NCBI RefSeq assembly: GCF_000150275.1
Contig: NW_002060945.1
Location: 9,254,011-9,318,010 of the forward strand
From: Trichoplax adhaerens
Lineage: Eukaryota; Animalia; Placozoa
Reading direction: 5' to 3'
Length of the DNA: 64,000 nucleotides
The notes beneath the pieces were generated by a model. That model ran no database searches. It was not told the origin of the DNA and worked only from the letters and a program-made list of their open reading frames with translations. Positions 1 through 12,292 of the stretch are shown here, piece after piece (the stretch's first letter is position 1; each line of letters opens with the position of its first letter). Both the position numbers and the translations under genes were made by a program.

Positions 1-218
1 TAGTTTTGACTACAAAGATTAAATCAACAACATTACACGTGTTAATTGTCATCCAAGCGATTTTCTTCCATTTTTCCATTTTCTATCATTAATATCAACA
101 TCTACAAAACCTACACTATACATTGTTCATTGTAAATACTAATGTTAATGACGTCGGGAGACATTATTATCAACACCAATACAACAAATTGAAAATCTGA
201 AATTATCAGCTGACTTAC

Positions 219-2324
219 TAAAATAGCACTAAATGGTCAAAAGCACCAGTTGAAACGGAAACCAATGAAGTTAAATAAGCCGCGGCGCCAAAGAAGCGAT
301 GGAAAGGTAAGAATTGTTTGCGTTTAGCTTGGGATACCATTGATTCCGGCAGCAGGAAATAAATAACGCCAAAGACATACTGAATCATGCAAATACAAGT
401 ATTTAAAGATAGTATGCTAAAAAAAAAGTATGTGCAAGTACAATATCGCGATACTGTTTTTCAGACAAAGCGAGTACTATCTACACGACGCTTAAATTGT
501 GCTTCTACATTATGATAATTGTCGAGACATCAGTTGTGCAAACTCATAGGAAAGCCAGTACTGCATCAATAGTGCAGCGGGCATACACATATTTGCAAAT
601 CCGGGATATTTTTCAATTTTATCTTGGCATGACAAATTTGCAGCACCGTATCAATACGTCAGCACTGACTTTTCTACATGCAAAGCAGTTATTGACAGTG
701 TCCCTAGTCATACAGTAAATTCCAGCTAGAATAGGTCTTGTCCTTAATACCATAAGCACTAGCGATGACGATATTTCCCCAAGCTGTGCATATAAGTATA
801 GTATGTACAAGCGTAAAATAGCTATTTGTGTTGTTGCATAACTTTGAAAAGCATCTTGAATTAGGATGAGTAATAATCCAGCTGGTCAAAAACATATTAT
901 ACAGGTACAGTAGATGCATTTTCTTGATGATTCACTCTAGTACGAGATCATAAATTGAATTTAAACTAATGTACTACAATCAATAAATACCTGCACAAGA
1001 TAGCAAGCCAAGACCAACAGGCCTATCCAACTATGAGTTGTAAAAAAATTGGCAAGAGGCTTCTTTCGGTCATTCTTGAAGGAAATCACCGCTACTAGAG
1101 CGACTATTGAAAACACTAACGTCAAGGTATGTAAAAGTACGTGACCATATTTGACCCATTTCCTCTCCATATTGCGAAACATACGAAATATAAGGACCGC
1201 TAAATTCAAAAGACAACAAGAGAATTTCATGACCATACTAGGAGTAGAAAAAATTCTGATAAATAACTATGTTGGGCATCATACAGTAACATACTACCTG
1301 AGTAATTCAAATTAGCAAAGTCATGCTTTTCATTAATTGATAGTGTGATGAGGTAACGATTAGAGTATCAGACATGACACCTGCAAGGCTGTCAACTCTG
1401 CAAAAAGTAGGTCGAAAAGCCATTGAAATGAAAATGTTCCATTGCAGAGTCGATAGTTTGCATTTGCAGGTAGCAGGCCTAACGTTCTGATCATTGAAAT
1501 ACCAATTTGGAATGAGTCTACCCTATAATACATCTGTATTTATTAGACTAGCTATCGACACCTCCGATAATAATAATATTAATCTACTGTACTGACTATC
1601 CGTTCTTGCAGGCATCAAGTCTAATGCTCTTGTTATTAGGCTTTGGACACAGCCAACGGTAAGCATGACTTTAGTCGATTTTGTATCAATCCACCTGTTG
1701 GCACATGCATCCAATTTGAAGTCTTGGTCATTGGATTGATTAACGATACATGCAATTCAAATGTTTCGATCATTGGACCATGATAATAGCAACTTGAAAT
1801 CATAATCTTAGCTCATTTAAAACAATCCACCGTCTAATCGATGTGTCTTGATGGGCTTTCTACTCATCGACACATTGATCTCTGTGCTGAATGATATGGA
1901 CTACTAAAAGTTCCACGGGGAACAGTTAGTAGTCCATGGATAAACAATAGAAATCGACTTGGTTATCAAACAATTAGCTAGCCAGCTAGCTACAGTAGTC
2001 CACTTCAATTGCATGCATCAACTAGAAATCCACTGGAATATACTTGCCTTCAGTGGACAGGAACAGGTATCCCATCGTCATAAATAAGGGATGGAATTTG
2101 GATCGGCTTGTCAGGTTATGCCATTCAAAACCAGGGTGTGAGAAATAACTACTCATCCATACACCAAGAATGATCATAATGGTGATGAGAAGGCATTGAA
2201 TGATTGTGAATGTGATCTTAAATGACCTCGATTGAGGAGCTTGACCACGAATATCAATATCATTATTATTATTATAACCAGATCCTTCCTGGATCGGTGT
2301 GCGATCATCGAAATCTTTCTCCAT
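219..2324 (-). CDS. Cytochrome b561 family protein (CYB561/Dcytb-like), paralog A; last exon probably outside the window
   Basis: Exons 2324-2048, 1199-991 and 379-219 join in phase. All four heme-ligand His motifs are present (FHPLFM, HVLLH, FFTTHSWIG, PFHRFFG). Intron positions match paralog B. Intron 1 needs a GC donor. Confidence 0.88.
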
Positions 2325-3361
2325 CGCAAGCGGCAGCAATAATCTCTATCGTGGTGGAGGTTGGGCTCAGCGGTGCAACCCTCCAGACTAATAACAGACT
2401 TATATCACAGTTAGCAGGTCCAAAGGCGAAGAATTGGGGAGGTCCGACGTCAGTAGTATATCACTCTCAAGTCTCGAGACAGTCAGCAGGCCCCAGGGGT
2501 CACTATCACCATGACGATGCAAAAGTTGAATTTTTGTTGGGTACATTGTGTACTATATAATATACAAGAGTAGAAATGGCCGAGGGTATTGACAGATTGC
2601 ATCGCTCTCTTTCAGTGATCATTTGACGTTAAGGATTGAAAATTGCATATCACCTAGCTCATTTTCATCGGAATTCATACCCATACTCAGTGTAGGATTA
2701 TGCAAGCATGATGAGAGGAATATCCATAAAAATAGTCATCCAATTGGTTTGTCAATATCAAGTTGTGAATATCCAATGAGCGAACAGTTTAATGGCATTG
2801 ATGCGTTGATGTAATACTGTACTATCGAGCATACCAAGACTCTCATGCCTTCGATATTGTCCTGATTACAGTTGTAAGCTTTAAAGCATCATCCCCTCGC
2901 CTATCTGGCGTATTCCTACTCCTCCTCTATCATCCCGTTATCGTCCTTATTGCAGTCGTAAGCTTTATCCTGAACTCCCAAAATATCACCCCCTCACCTA
3001 TCTGGCATATTCCTACTTGTACATCCTGTTCTCCATTATCTGTTTTGTCGGTATTCCATGGTAGACACATATTGTGATCATCATAGCACTCTGTACCGTA
3101 GTAACATTTGCCATGGCATCGTCCTTATACAAATCCTACCACTTGAAACCATCACCCTTCCTTTTTCCCCCCTCATTAACCTCCAATCTCTCGCCTCAAA
3201 AATACCGAAAAATGGATGCAATTTGGCACCATTTTAGGGCTTCTTGGTGGTCACTTTATTGTTGCTCATCACCCCAGGAATGGCCAGTGCACTTTTCCGT
3301 AGAATCACATGATCGTCACGCTGTTGACGCTTTTTCTTGAAAGGCATCAAACCGGCCAAAG

Positions 3362-3767
3362 TGTGCAAAAACAATGTCAGTAGTCGATGTGTGTATCCTA
3401 TGGCTTCCAGTAGGAAATGATCGCTACAATGGTGACATCATTTTAGGTACATTTAGCGTATACTGAGTGGCAGTACAATACCATCGTTGTGTCAATAATA
3501 CAATACGTGTACTGTACACGTAAACCATTGACTAGCAAATCCTTTTAACCAGCTAAACTGTGCAAAAATAATGTCAGCACTCGATCTGTGTCCTATGGCT
3601 TCCAGTAGGAAATGATCGCCACAAAGGTGACATCATTTTAGGTTTCGACTCCACTTTCCTGGACTGTATACTTAGCGTATACTGAGTGACAGTACAACAC
3701 CATCATTGTGTAAATAGCTCAATACAAGCACAGTAGACTCCAACCTTTGACCAGCAAATCCTTTTAA
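3362..3767. repeat. Local tandem duplication, about 200 bp x2, upstream of cytochrome b561 paralog B
   Basis: TGTGCAAAAA(C/T)AATGTCAG...CCTATGGCTTCCAGTAGGAAATGATCGC...AGCAAATCCTTTTAA occurs at about 3362 and 3559. The second copy has a short insertion. Confidence 0.85.
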
Positions 3768-3850
3768 ATTTGAATCTCTGCCAGTTCTCCTTTTTGTGGA
3801 GAGTTGACATTCAGTTTGTTGAGTAAAAGGTCGCCAAATTACCAATTAAT

Positions 3851-5879
3851 ATGGATAAAGATGACGAATATACAGTGACGCCATCGCAGCGACAATCTGC
3901 GCCATTTTTCTTGAGTGGTTTTCTTGCTCAATCATGTGTGGTTGCGATATGTGTTATGATTGGGTTATGGATGGGAGTTTATAGCAGTCATCCTGGTCTC
4001 GATTGGACTGATACCTTTCATCGTTTACATCTCCATCCATTCCTAATGGTAGTTGCGGTTGTATTTTCTGCTACTGAGGGTATGCAACTAGTTGAAACAG
4101 AAATAAACATTTTGTATAACCATAGTCGGATCAACTGTAATCGATACTGCTTGCAACTGGTTGGATATCTTGTCAAAGTAGAAAAGTGACTACTTCATTA
4201 CACAGTGGAATCGGAATGATTGGTTTTGGACAAACCAATCATGTTCATTGACTTTTCCATTCTATCCATGACGACGAAGCAGTAGGCAATGATTGATGTA
4301 TCTTATGGATTGAAAATTGCCTAGTGTCCATTTATACGTGCATAGTATGAATAGTCAATATTATATCAAAGTCTATAAAATCTGTAGGAGTCGGATAGGA
4401 CTGTTGATCCTGATACTCTTCAACAGTTTCGCTTTCAGTACTGTAAAGTATAGTGGTGACTTTGCAAGTAAACCCACGCTTCCATCAGATAATCGATGCT
4501 ATTACAAATGCCGTCCTTAAATCGATAGTAATTACTCTAATTGCCTACTATTATACGGTAAAATTGTTCATGTAGACAGTTTACAGACATCGAGAAATAG
4601 GTCAGTTAGAAAAAAAAGTTGGAGATACGATCATCGCAAATGCTACAAGATACTCCTTCCAGCGATACAATTGCTTCCTAGCAAAATTCTTCATGATATC
4701 ACATCGAGAACAACAGGGCCTACAAGTGTACAATGAGTTAATCACCGTAGCAAATAAAACATGATCACGACTACCATACTCTACTACTGCTCTAGCACCG
4801 GCTGCACTGGCCCATTTAAATAACTCACTATACCGGCCTGTTTACAACTGACTGTCTATTGCATAAGTCAATTAATAAATACGTCGCTTATTATCATCAA
4901 TTTCATCTTTTAGCTATCTTAATCTTCCGGATGCTGCGTACGATTTCCAAGCCGACGGTAAAAGCGATCCATGTTTTCCTGCATACGGCCACCCTAGCTT
5001 TGGTTGGAACTGCCTTGGCAGCAGTGATTAAATCGAAGAACGACTTGAAATTTACTCATTTTTATAGCGCTCATAGTTGGTTTGCCTTAATAGTTCTCTT
5101 CTTATACGCCAGTGAGGTATACCGTTTGTCCGATATTGATATCAACCTGTTCAATCACAATACTTGACGTTGAAATGAAATTTATCCCTATCAGATATAG
5201 AATTGTATCGTATGCGTAAAGTAGAGTACTGTAGCTAGAATACTGAATGATTTGCCCAGACAGAAATAAAATTTTAGCATTCATTTTGGCTAATATCAAT
5301 ATACGATGTGCTATCGGATAGCTGTAAATAAGTAACATGATATAGACACTGTAGGATGCGAATTTAATAAAGCATTCATACTAATGTGTATCCATTTCAC
5401 TATTTACCTGTGTATAGTATGTAGCAGGAATTATAGTTTTCGTACTACCAACGCGCTGCATCTCAGACACCATGCGTCAGAATATTCTACCCTTTCACAA
5501 ATTCTTTGGTCTTTGTACATATGTCTTCGCTCTCATTACCATCGGTATGGGTGTATTTGATTTCTTGGAATCAATTGTTGGGTAAGGATGTTGATAGATT
5601 GATTCATGAAGTAAATAACTTGTTTTGACCATTACTAAGATGGTTTACTTAAAGTTGAAATAAGTTGGAAGGAACATCAACACTTATCTGATCGAAATTA
5701 TTCTCATTTTATTCAATAGTACCTCCGCTTATTCAAATTTGGGTCTTCAAGCAAGGCTTGGCAATGCAATATGTGTCATCCTACTTATTCTTGGCGCCAC
5801 CGTCGTCCATATCTTGACCAGAAGTACCTATGCACGACCTAGCACGAGTGATTCTCTTTTTGAGCCAGAACCACTTTAA
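3851..5879 (+). CDS. Cytochrome b561 family protein, paralog B (4 exons)
   Basis: Exons 3851-4079, 4914-5116, 5418-5581 and 5720-5879, all GT-AG and in phase. Motifs LHPFLM, HVFLH, FYSAHSWF and PFHKFFG. Stop TAA at 5877-5879. Confidence 0.92.
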
Positions 5880-7534
5880 AAACTGACAGTATTGCAGCGA
5901 CTGTTCATGCCACAATTCACCAACCAACCAACCTAAGGCTTCTATGAATGACTGCATCTCCTTTTAATCTTATGAAAGACTACTTACTCAATAAAAATGA
6001 ATGATGTCGTCATTAATAAGATAACTGTTAAATCGACCACTAAAGTTTGTGTACAAGTAGCGTCTTAATAACTAAGTAATGATATAAGCGTTGTACTCCA
6101 CCTAGTGCAGTTACGCCACAGTAGATCTTTTTCCATTAAATGTATTTTAATTGTGATTATCGACTGTTACTCATTGCTGTAACTGTTGAAGATAGCACAT
6201 TTCGCCACCTATATCAACTAAATAGAAGCTATTCTCACTTGATTATATGGATTTAAAATATTCAACCTGTTCCTCTAATTCAATTGGTTTACCTCGTGCC
6301 TATTTGTTTTGATTAGAGTACTCCTATTCAAATAATTTAATTGACATCGCTATCGTGAATCAATCCACCCTTCTTGTCTTGGATAGAACTACGTAATATC
6401 AATGAAACACGATACTTTTGAAATGTATATGCATATACACTCTACTTAATAAATAAGTAAGAAATCACTTACTGACTACAAGATGATAAAATATCCTAAT
6501 ATTCTTCGATTTTACCCTTAACTTGCTACATGTTTGTGTTCATTTAATAACCCTTTATTTATCTGTCAGTAAAGTTTAGTCAAATGGAAGTCAGAATATT
6601 ATACTATAGTATCCATAATGAAAAGCGTTCAAATTTGCATTGCAATTTGACAATGTTGGAATCAACACTCTACATGTCCAGCAGACAACTATATCATTCC
6701 TAATCGTCAGCAAAGTCTTGCACACTACTCATACTCGTATACTGTAGTTACGAAATTACCGCCACCTAAACTTAGCAATACGTGATAGCCAACTTAACTG
6801 CAAATGATATTTTAACTTTGTAACGAAAAATACTAAACTACAGTATCAAGTCCTGTATTGGCTTATGAAAGCTTTCACCAAATTGGGTACAAAGAATCTC
6901 TGATGGAATGTGAACGTTTACTTCTGTACTGTGAAATGTGAATAGTTTTGAGGAAACAGTGCTGCATTTACGATAAAAGTCATTTTATGGATAAATATGA
7001 CACGATCTAGGGCTCTAGGAGATTACTAATAAAGATGGTAATCTATACTTGGACTTTTGTGCAACATTATAAGCTTGTCAAGTTACTTGTTGCCGAAAGG
7101 TTGCAGAATGTACATTCTGCGATACTGTTTATTCGATGTATACATTAGCCAATAGACTGAATCGGTTTTACTCATTGGAATTAGTATAGTACCGCCCGGC
7201 CAATTCATTCATGGCTTTATCATCGATATTGTAGTTAGCGCCAACCAATTATTACAGCTACCCAATAAGGCATTTATTAATATCGCTACGATGGAAGATA
7301 AATAAATTCTATAGTACAAGAGTATTTTAGAGCAGTTGAAAAACATTTTATTTTATACATGGTTGTCATTCAATCCCTGTAAATAGCATCAAGGAAGTGA
7401 TTAAATGGCAAACAATTGTCAACTTGAATTCGGTTTGCATGGCGTAATATATAGTACAGGCACTGTCACTTCCTTAAAACAAGCTACACCGAAAGAATAT
7501 TCGTAAAAAATTGAAAGACGAGATGTAGTCCTGA

Positions 7535-10072
7535 CTAATCACCATCCTTATTAGCGGTTTGTCCAGAATAGAAATCGTTGAGCTATATTGCGATAGAAAG
7601 ATATTGGTTGGTATATTGATGAAATTAGACCTATCAATTAGACCCATCTTTCTACAATAATTGTGCATGATTATAGAAATGTAAAATAAACTTATTATAA
7701 ATTAACTTGTATAAAATAGGCGAGTGTAAAACTTACAACTTTTTGGATAATTTTAAGTCCTTGTTCATTTCCAGAGCAGTCATTGATACCGTAAGGCTCA
7801 CGGATTTTCACAGACTCATCTATAGCGCAAAGTAGCTTACCTTTCCATTTTACATCAAATCTATCGGGTAACAAGACGTATACAGTAGTTACAAATAGTG
7901 CATCAAAAGTTCTATCTTGTCGCTCATGAATACGTAATGCAATGCAGCATATAGAATATCAGCTGCACCGAAAGAGTTTGACGATATTAGAGAGCCTCTA
8001 TACTTACTTTTTCTTTATAGCTGCGTATACTAATGCTCCTGTTCTAGAGATACCTTCGCGATGAACTATTTTTCCTTCTTCAATAGCTTCTTGAAGCCGT
8101 TGATCGATGCCCTCAAGATTTAGTTCAGGTAAGCTTGGAGGGGATTTGTCGCAATCTTCGATGACATCTATCTCACGTAACTTTGTTAGGTTGACAATCA
8201 TGACATCCCGCCATTCACGATTTTGTGATTGTTTGCATTATTAGTGTTAAGAAGAAATCTTACCATTGCGTAATCACAAGCGCGAATATTATTTTAAAAT
8301 CAATAAAGTAGCATTGCTAAGTAAATGATAATGGACAAGATTGCTGCAATTAAAACGAAAACAATGTCGTCATTTCAAATAGGAGATGCACATCTTCTTC
8401 TTTCATAGTTGATGAAAGGTTTTATATCGCTCAAAGATGTTAATATGCGCACTCCCAGAATGGAATCAATCGCTAATATTTTACTTTAATTCAATATGCC
8501 GTCCATGTTGTAGTGATACTACGTACTGGTGGTTGCTAGTGCACTATCGCACTGAATGCGTATACATATTCTGTCAAGCCATTGGATTGAAGATTTCATC
8601 ATCTTCGATTTAGTAAAGGTAAAGGCCTTGATTGTAGTAAGAGTCAGTCAAGTTTGAGGGCAAAGATGATTTCTGGTGTCTAGTAATACGTAGGATAAGT
8701 TGTCAGAATCCTTTTTTGTTTATTTCCTATACTGTATGATGGAGTAGATTTGGACGAAAATTATAACGCTAGATAGAATGTCAATGCGCACAAATGTGTC
8801 CTCGACAAATTATGTATGCTATCCAGGATTGTAAATGCTAACTACATGCTTTATTTATACATTGACTATACCTTGCAATTTGTTTTGTCGAGTACAATCC
8901 CAATCTTTCATTATACGAGTAAGTAATCAATGTGGATTTGGGAGGTCTACTATTTCTTTTCAGTGTACTATCCTATCTCCATAAGAGATGAAATCATAAT
9001 GCATTTCCACTTTTACAGTATACCGTACTAGAGGGAAAACTTGACGAACAAGATGTCAACAACGTGTGTATCTATCAAATTCATTCACTAGCTATTTATA
9101 GTGATGCGAATGCAAGTATTCAAGAAGAGTAGTAACAGTTTCGTAGAATAGAGGCAATTCCTTTTAACAGTCCACTTCGAGAGTAGAACAAAAATCTATC
9201 GGACGGTATTGTAGGTGTCTACCCTTATGAGCTAAATAAACTGCCAACTTGTGATCAAATGAGCACTGTCTACAGTAATACTGCTTATGCTCGAGTGTCG
9301 GCTGTAGACTGTCGTTCATTTGAGTGCAGGCGGTAGGCACCTTGAGGGGATATCACGTAGAACGAATCGACGGCTATTCCATGACAAAATGACTATCGTA
9401 AAATCATCCAACAAGAATGTTTGTGGCATAACACTAGTGCGTGCAATCGTCTTCTTGACGACACTATTCCTGCCTACTCATGTTAACATGAAATCGATGG
9501 TCCATTGATGAATCCTTGACGGTACAGTGTTGTCGACAACAATATATGCCGACCTCTTCTGAATGTCCTGTATACGATTGCAAGGATGACATTGAGGAAA
9601 ATTGGTGATCGTCCATGACCACTGTAATCATGTCGACATCAATACGAATCACTGTATCCAATAGAATATCGACTGCTTTAACGAGCCTTACTATCTTACC
9701 GTGTGATCGTACCTTTCAATTAGTGTACTTTAGCGTAGAATCAAGCTACTACTGTAAACGAATTGGACGTTGTTGTATGCCTCTCTCTCTCTCGATCAAG
9801 AGTTTACAGCGGCGCTGATGTCTAGACATTGTCTCGTTATAGTCGTAAAACTAGCAACATTTCAGAATGAATTACAGTCCATCGATCAACATGAGGATAC
9901 TTAAGACCAGCATTTTGGTCTTTTCTTCAAAGGCGTCCACATCTCCTTGTAATTCGCTGCCTAGGCATGTTACTAATCTGACTTTATCCCCAATTCTTAG
10001 AGGCGGTATTTTTCGCATATTGAGTCCTACGGCATCGCTAGTAGAGACATCTTTTCGTGTGGAAGACGCCAT
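7535..10072 (-). CDS. LSM12: LSM12 homolog (Lsm domain + anticodon-binding domain)
   Basis: Exons 10072-9901, about 8230-8008, 7860-7737 and 7582-7535. Sequences 'TCLGSELQGDVDAFEEKTKMLVLK', 'VMIVNL...PPSLPELNL' and 'VKWKGK..IREPY...DCSG' match LSM12 as I recall it. The exon 2 start is uncertain by a few codons. Confidence 0.88.
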
Positions 10073-10851
10073 TTTTTTCCCCTTTCTACCACATTACGGA
10101 CTACCTACTGAGTACTGCAAACTCGCTAGTACCAACACCTTGACTGTACCATACTGAGTGTCTAGCGGTACTGATGTCCAGTACAGTACAATCCGGTCGT
10201 GAAGAATAGTACTGTAGAAAGGGACTAGGATTCAAAGCGAGCCATTGGTCTACTGAGACAATACTCTCACTCTCATACATTGCTCATTGCAATTACTCCA
10301 TGGCTACGACTGTATGAAACAATGTACAGTCCACGTGTACTCGCTGGACTGTACACTGTACAGTCATGACTCGTACTGGAGTACTGTGATACAGGTAGAA
10401 GAAATCTCTATGAATCGACAACTGCCCACTCAGCCCACTTGTCATGGTCGACATGTAGTCCATCCATCCATGATGTCTGAAGAGGATGGACTGCGGTACG
10501 GCCATCGAGTATAAAGAAAAAAACTTCACGTTATGGGCTACAGCCCTGACGCAAGAGACGGGACATTTGGACAGACAGGAAACGATCTTCAGATTGGAGC
10601 TCATTGGATATCCATGGCGGACAGTATAGTATGGACAGTATATTAGTCTCTATTTTCTTTTACTTTACGGTTCTGCGCTGTGTAGTATACTGTCAGAGAC
10701 GGGATAGGAAACGCTTGTTCACTATACTTAGCTGCTATTAGCTTACTAAGTTGGTTTGAACCAGTATGTGTAGATACGTTTTCATCGCTTTCGTCATCCT
10801 GTACCGTAGAGGAAGAAAACAACATGGCGTGCTGACTACAGAATGCATTAC

Positions 10852-11551
10852 ACTGGTAGTATAGATCATAAAGGGATTGAACCGCACCGAACCGAACTCA
10901 GGTTCAACTGGTACTCAGCATCAGTACGGTAGTGCACAGTGCACAGTGTACAGTACTGCACTGTAAACCGTCGTCAAAGTACTGTAGTCAAATGGTATTC
11001 AGCATCGGTAGAGGTGTCGCCTGGATACTGGTACTGGTAATCAATAGATCATAAGGGTTTTGAACCGTACCGAACCGCACTCCGGTCCAACTGGTACTCA
11101 GCATCAGGGCACAGTGCACAGTGTACAGTACTGCACTGTAAAACCGTCGTCAAAGTACTGTAGTCAAATAGTGTACAGTAGTACAGTACAGTACTGTACA
11201 GTACTCTCAGTCCGAGACCCTTATACCTGTACTGTACACTGTGTACACTGTGTACAGTACTGTACTCAGTATCGGTACAGGTGTCGCCTGGATACTGGTA
11301 CTGGTAATCAATAGATCATAAAGGTTTGAACCGTACCAAACCGAACTCAGGTCCAACTAGTACTCAGCATCAGTGCACAGTGCACAGTGTACAGTACTGC
11401 ACTATAAACCGTCGTCAAAGTACTGTACAGTACAGTACTGTAGTCAAATAGTGTAGTACTCAGTCGAGACCCTTGTACTGTACTCAGTATCGGTACTCAG
11501 TAGAAACCCTTATACTGTACGTGTACACAGGGTACAGGTGTCGCCTGGATA
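10852..11551. repeat. Three-copy degenerate tandem repeat (about 180-270 bp units) rich in CAGTAC/ACTGTA/TGCACA
   Basis: Units begin ATAGATCATAA..TTGAACCG.ACC.AACCG at about 10861, 11044 and 11311. Each ends GGTGTCGCCTGGATA. Confidence 0.9.
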
Positions 11552-11827
11552 TGCTGTACTGTATACAGGGTGTCTCATAAGTATTTCCCACTGTTTGAAA
11601 TCATATGAAATTATAGTTTCAAGCCCTTATTAGACAAATTTGGTATCATTTGATTGGAAATAAGATGCTTTATGCGAATATGTAATTTAAATGCACATAA
11701 AATGTGTTCAAGTTACTAATACTGTAGTTCTGTACTGCATTAAAGGACGACATTACACAGTGCACAGTGTACGGTATTGCACCCCAAAATCGCAGTCAAA
11801 GTACTGTAGTCAGAGGAGGGGATGAAT

Positions 11828-11880
11828 CACGTGCTATCTCATCGCCAACCAATCAAATCGCTCCGATCATTTTTTCGAAT
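11828..11880 (+). promoter_or_regulatory. Putative RacGAP1 proximal promoter: E-box, CCAAT box and CHR-like element
   Basis: CACGTG at 11828-11833, CCAAT at 11849-11853 and TTTCGAAT at 11873-11880. They lie just upstream of a likely non-coding exon ending at the donor AAG|GTAAGA (about 12029). Confidence 0.35.
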
Positions 11881-12292
11881 TTGCAACACCTCAACAGTAC
11901 AACAGTAGCCTAGTGTCAAATCAATCAGCCAAAGGCAAAACTTGCTCATCTCCAGTTGAAAAGAATCATCCCAGTCGTCCAATCTCCCCTATTGATTGCT
12001 ATCCTGTCGGTTGAAAGCAAGAAGAAAAGGTAAGAGACAAGTAGAGATTGAGCAAGAGTAAGGCAAATTGTTTTTTGAAAATAAGGGATAGAAATAGGAA
12101 GAAAAGTTTACATCCATTTTCAGCCATTTGGTGATACATGCAAATCTATTTCGACGCAGTTGTCATCTTTAGATTGTCTCCATCCAACTTGACAAATTCT
12201 ATTCTTCACTTAACAACATACAATAGATGAAATTGTTTTCTTGACGCACTTTTTTTAAATTGGATACGCAGAACGATCAACAGTGAGAAAAG

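Noticed and set aside
2222-3340. Plus-strand ORFs between or overlapping the cytochrome b561 genes
   Set aside because: Antisense or promoter-region ORFs with no recognisable motif.
10287-11314. ORFs of 60-103 aa between LSM12 and RacGAP1
   Set aside because: They lie in CAGTAC-rich or tandem-repeat DNA, several have non-ATG starts, and their T/V/Q/Y/C bias mirrors the nucleotide repeat.
10852-11551. CRISPR-like appearance of the repeat array
   Set aside because: Eukaryotic context, long units, non-unique internal sequence and no cas genes.
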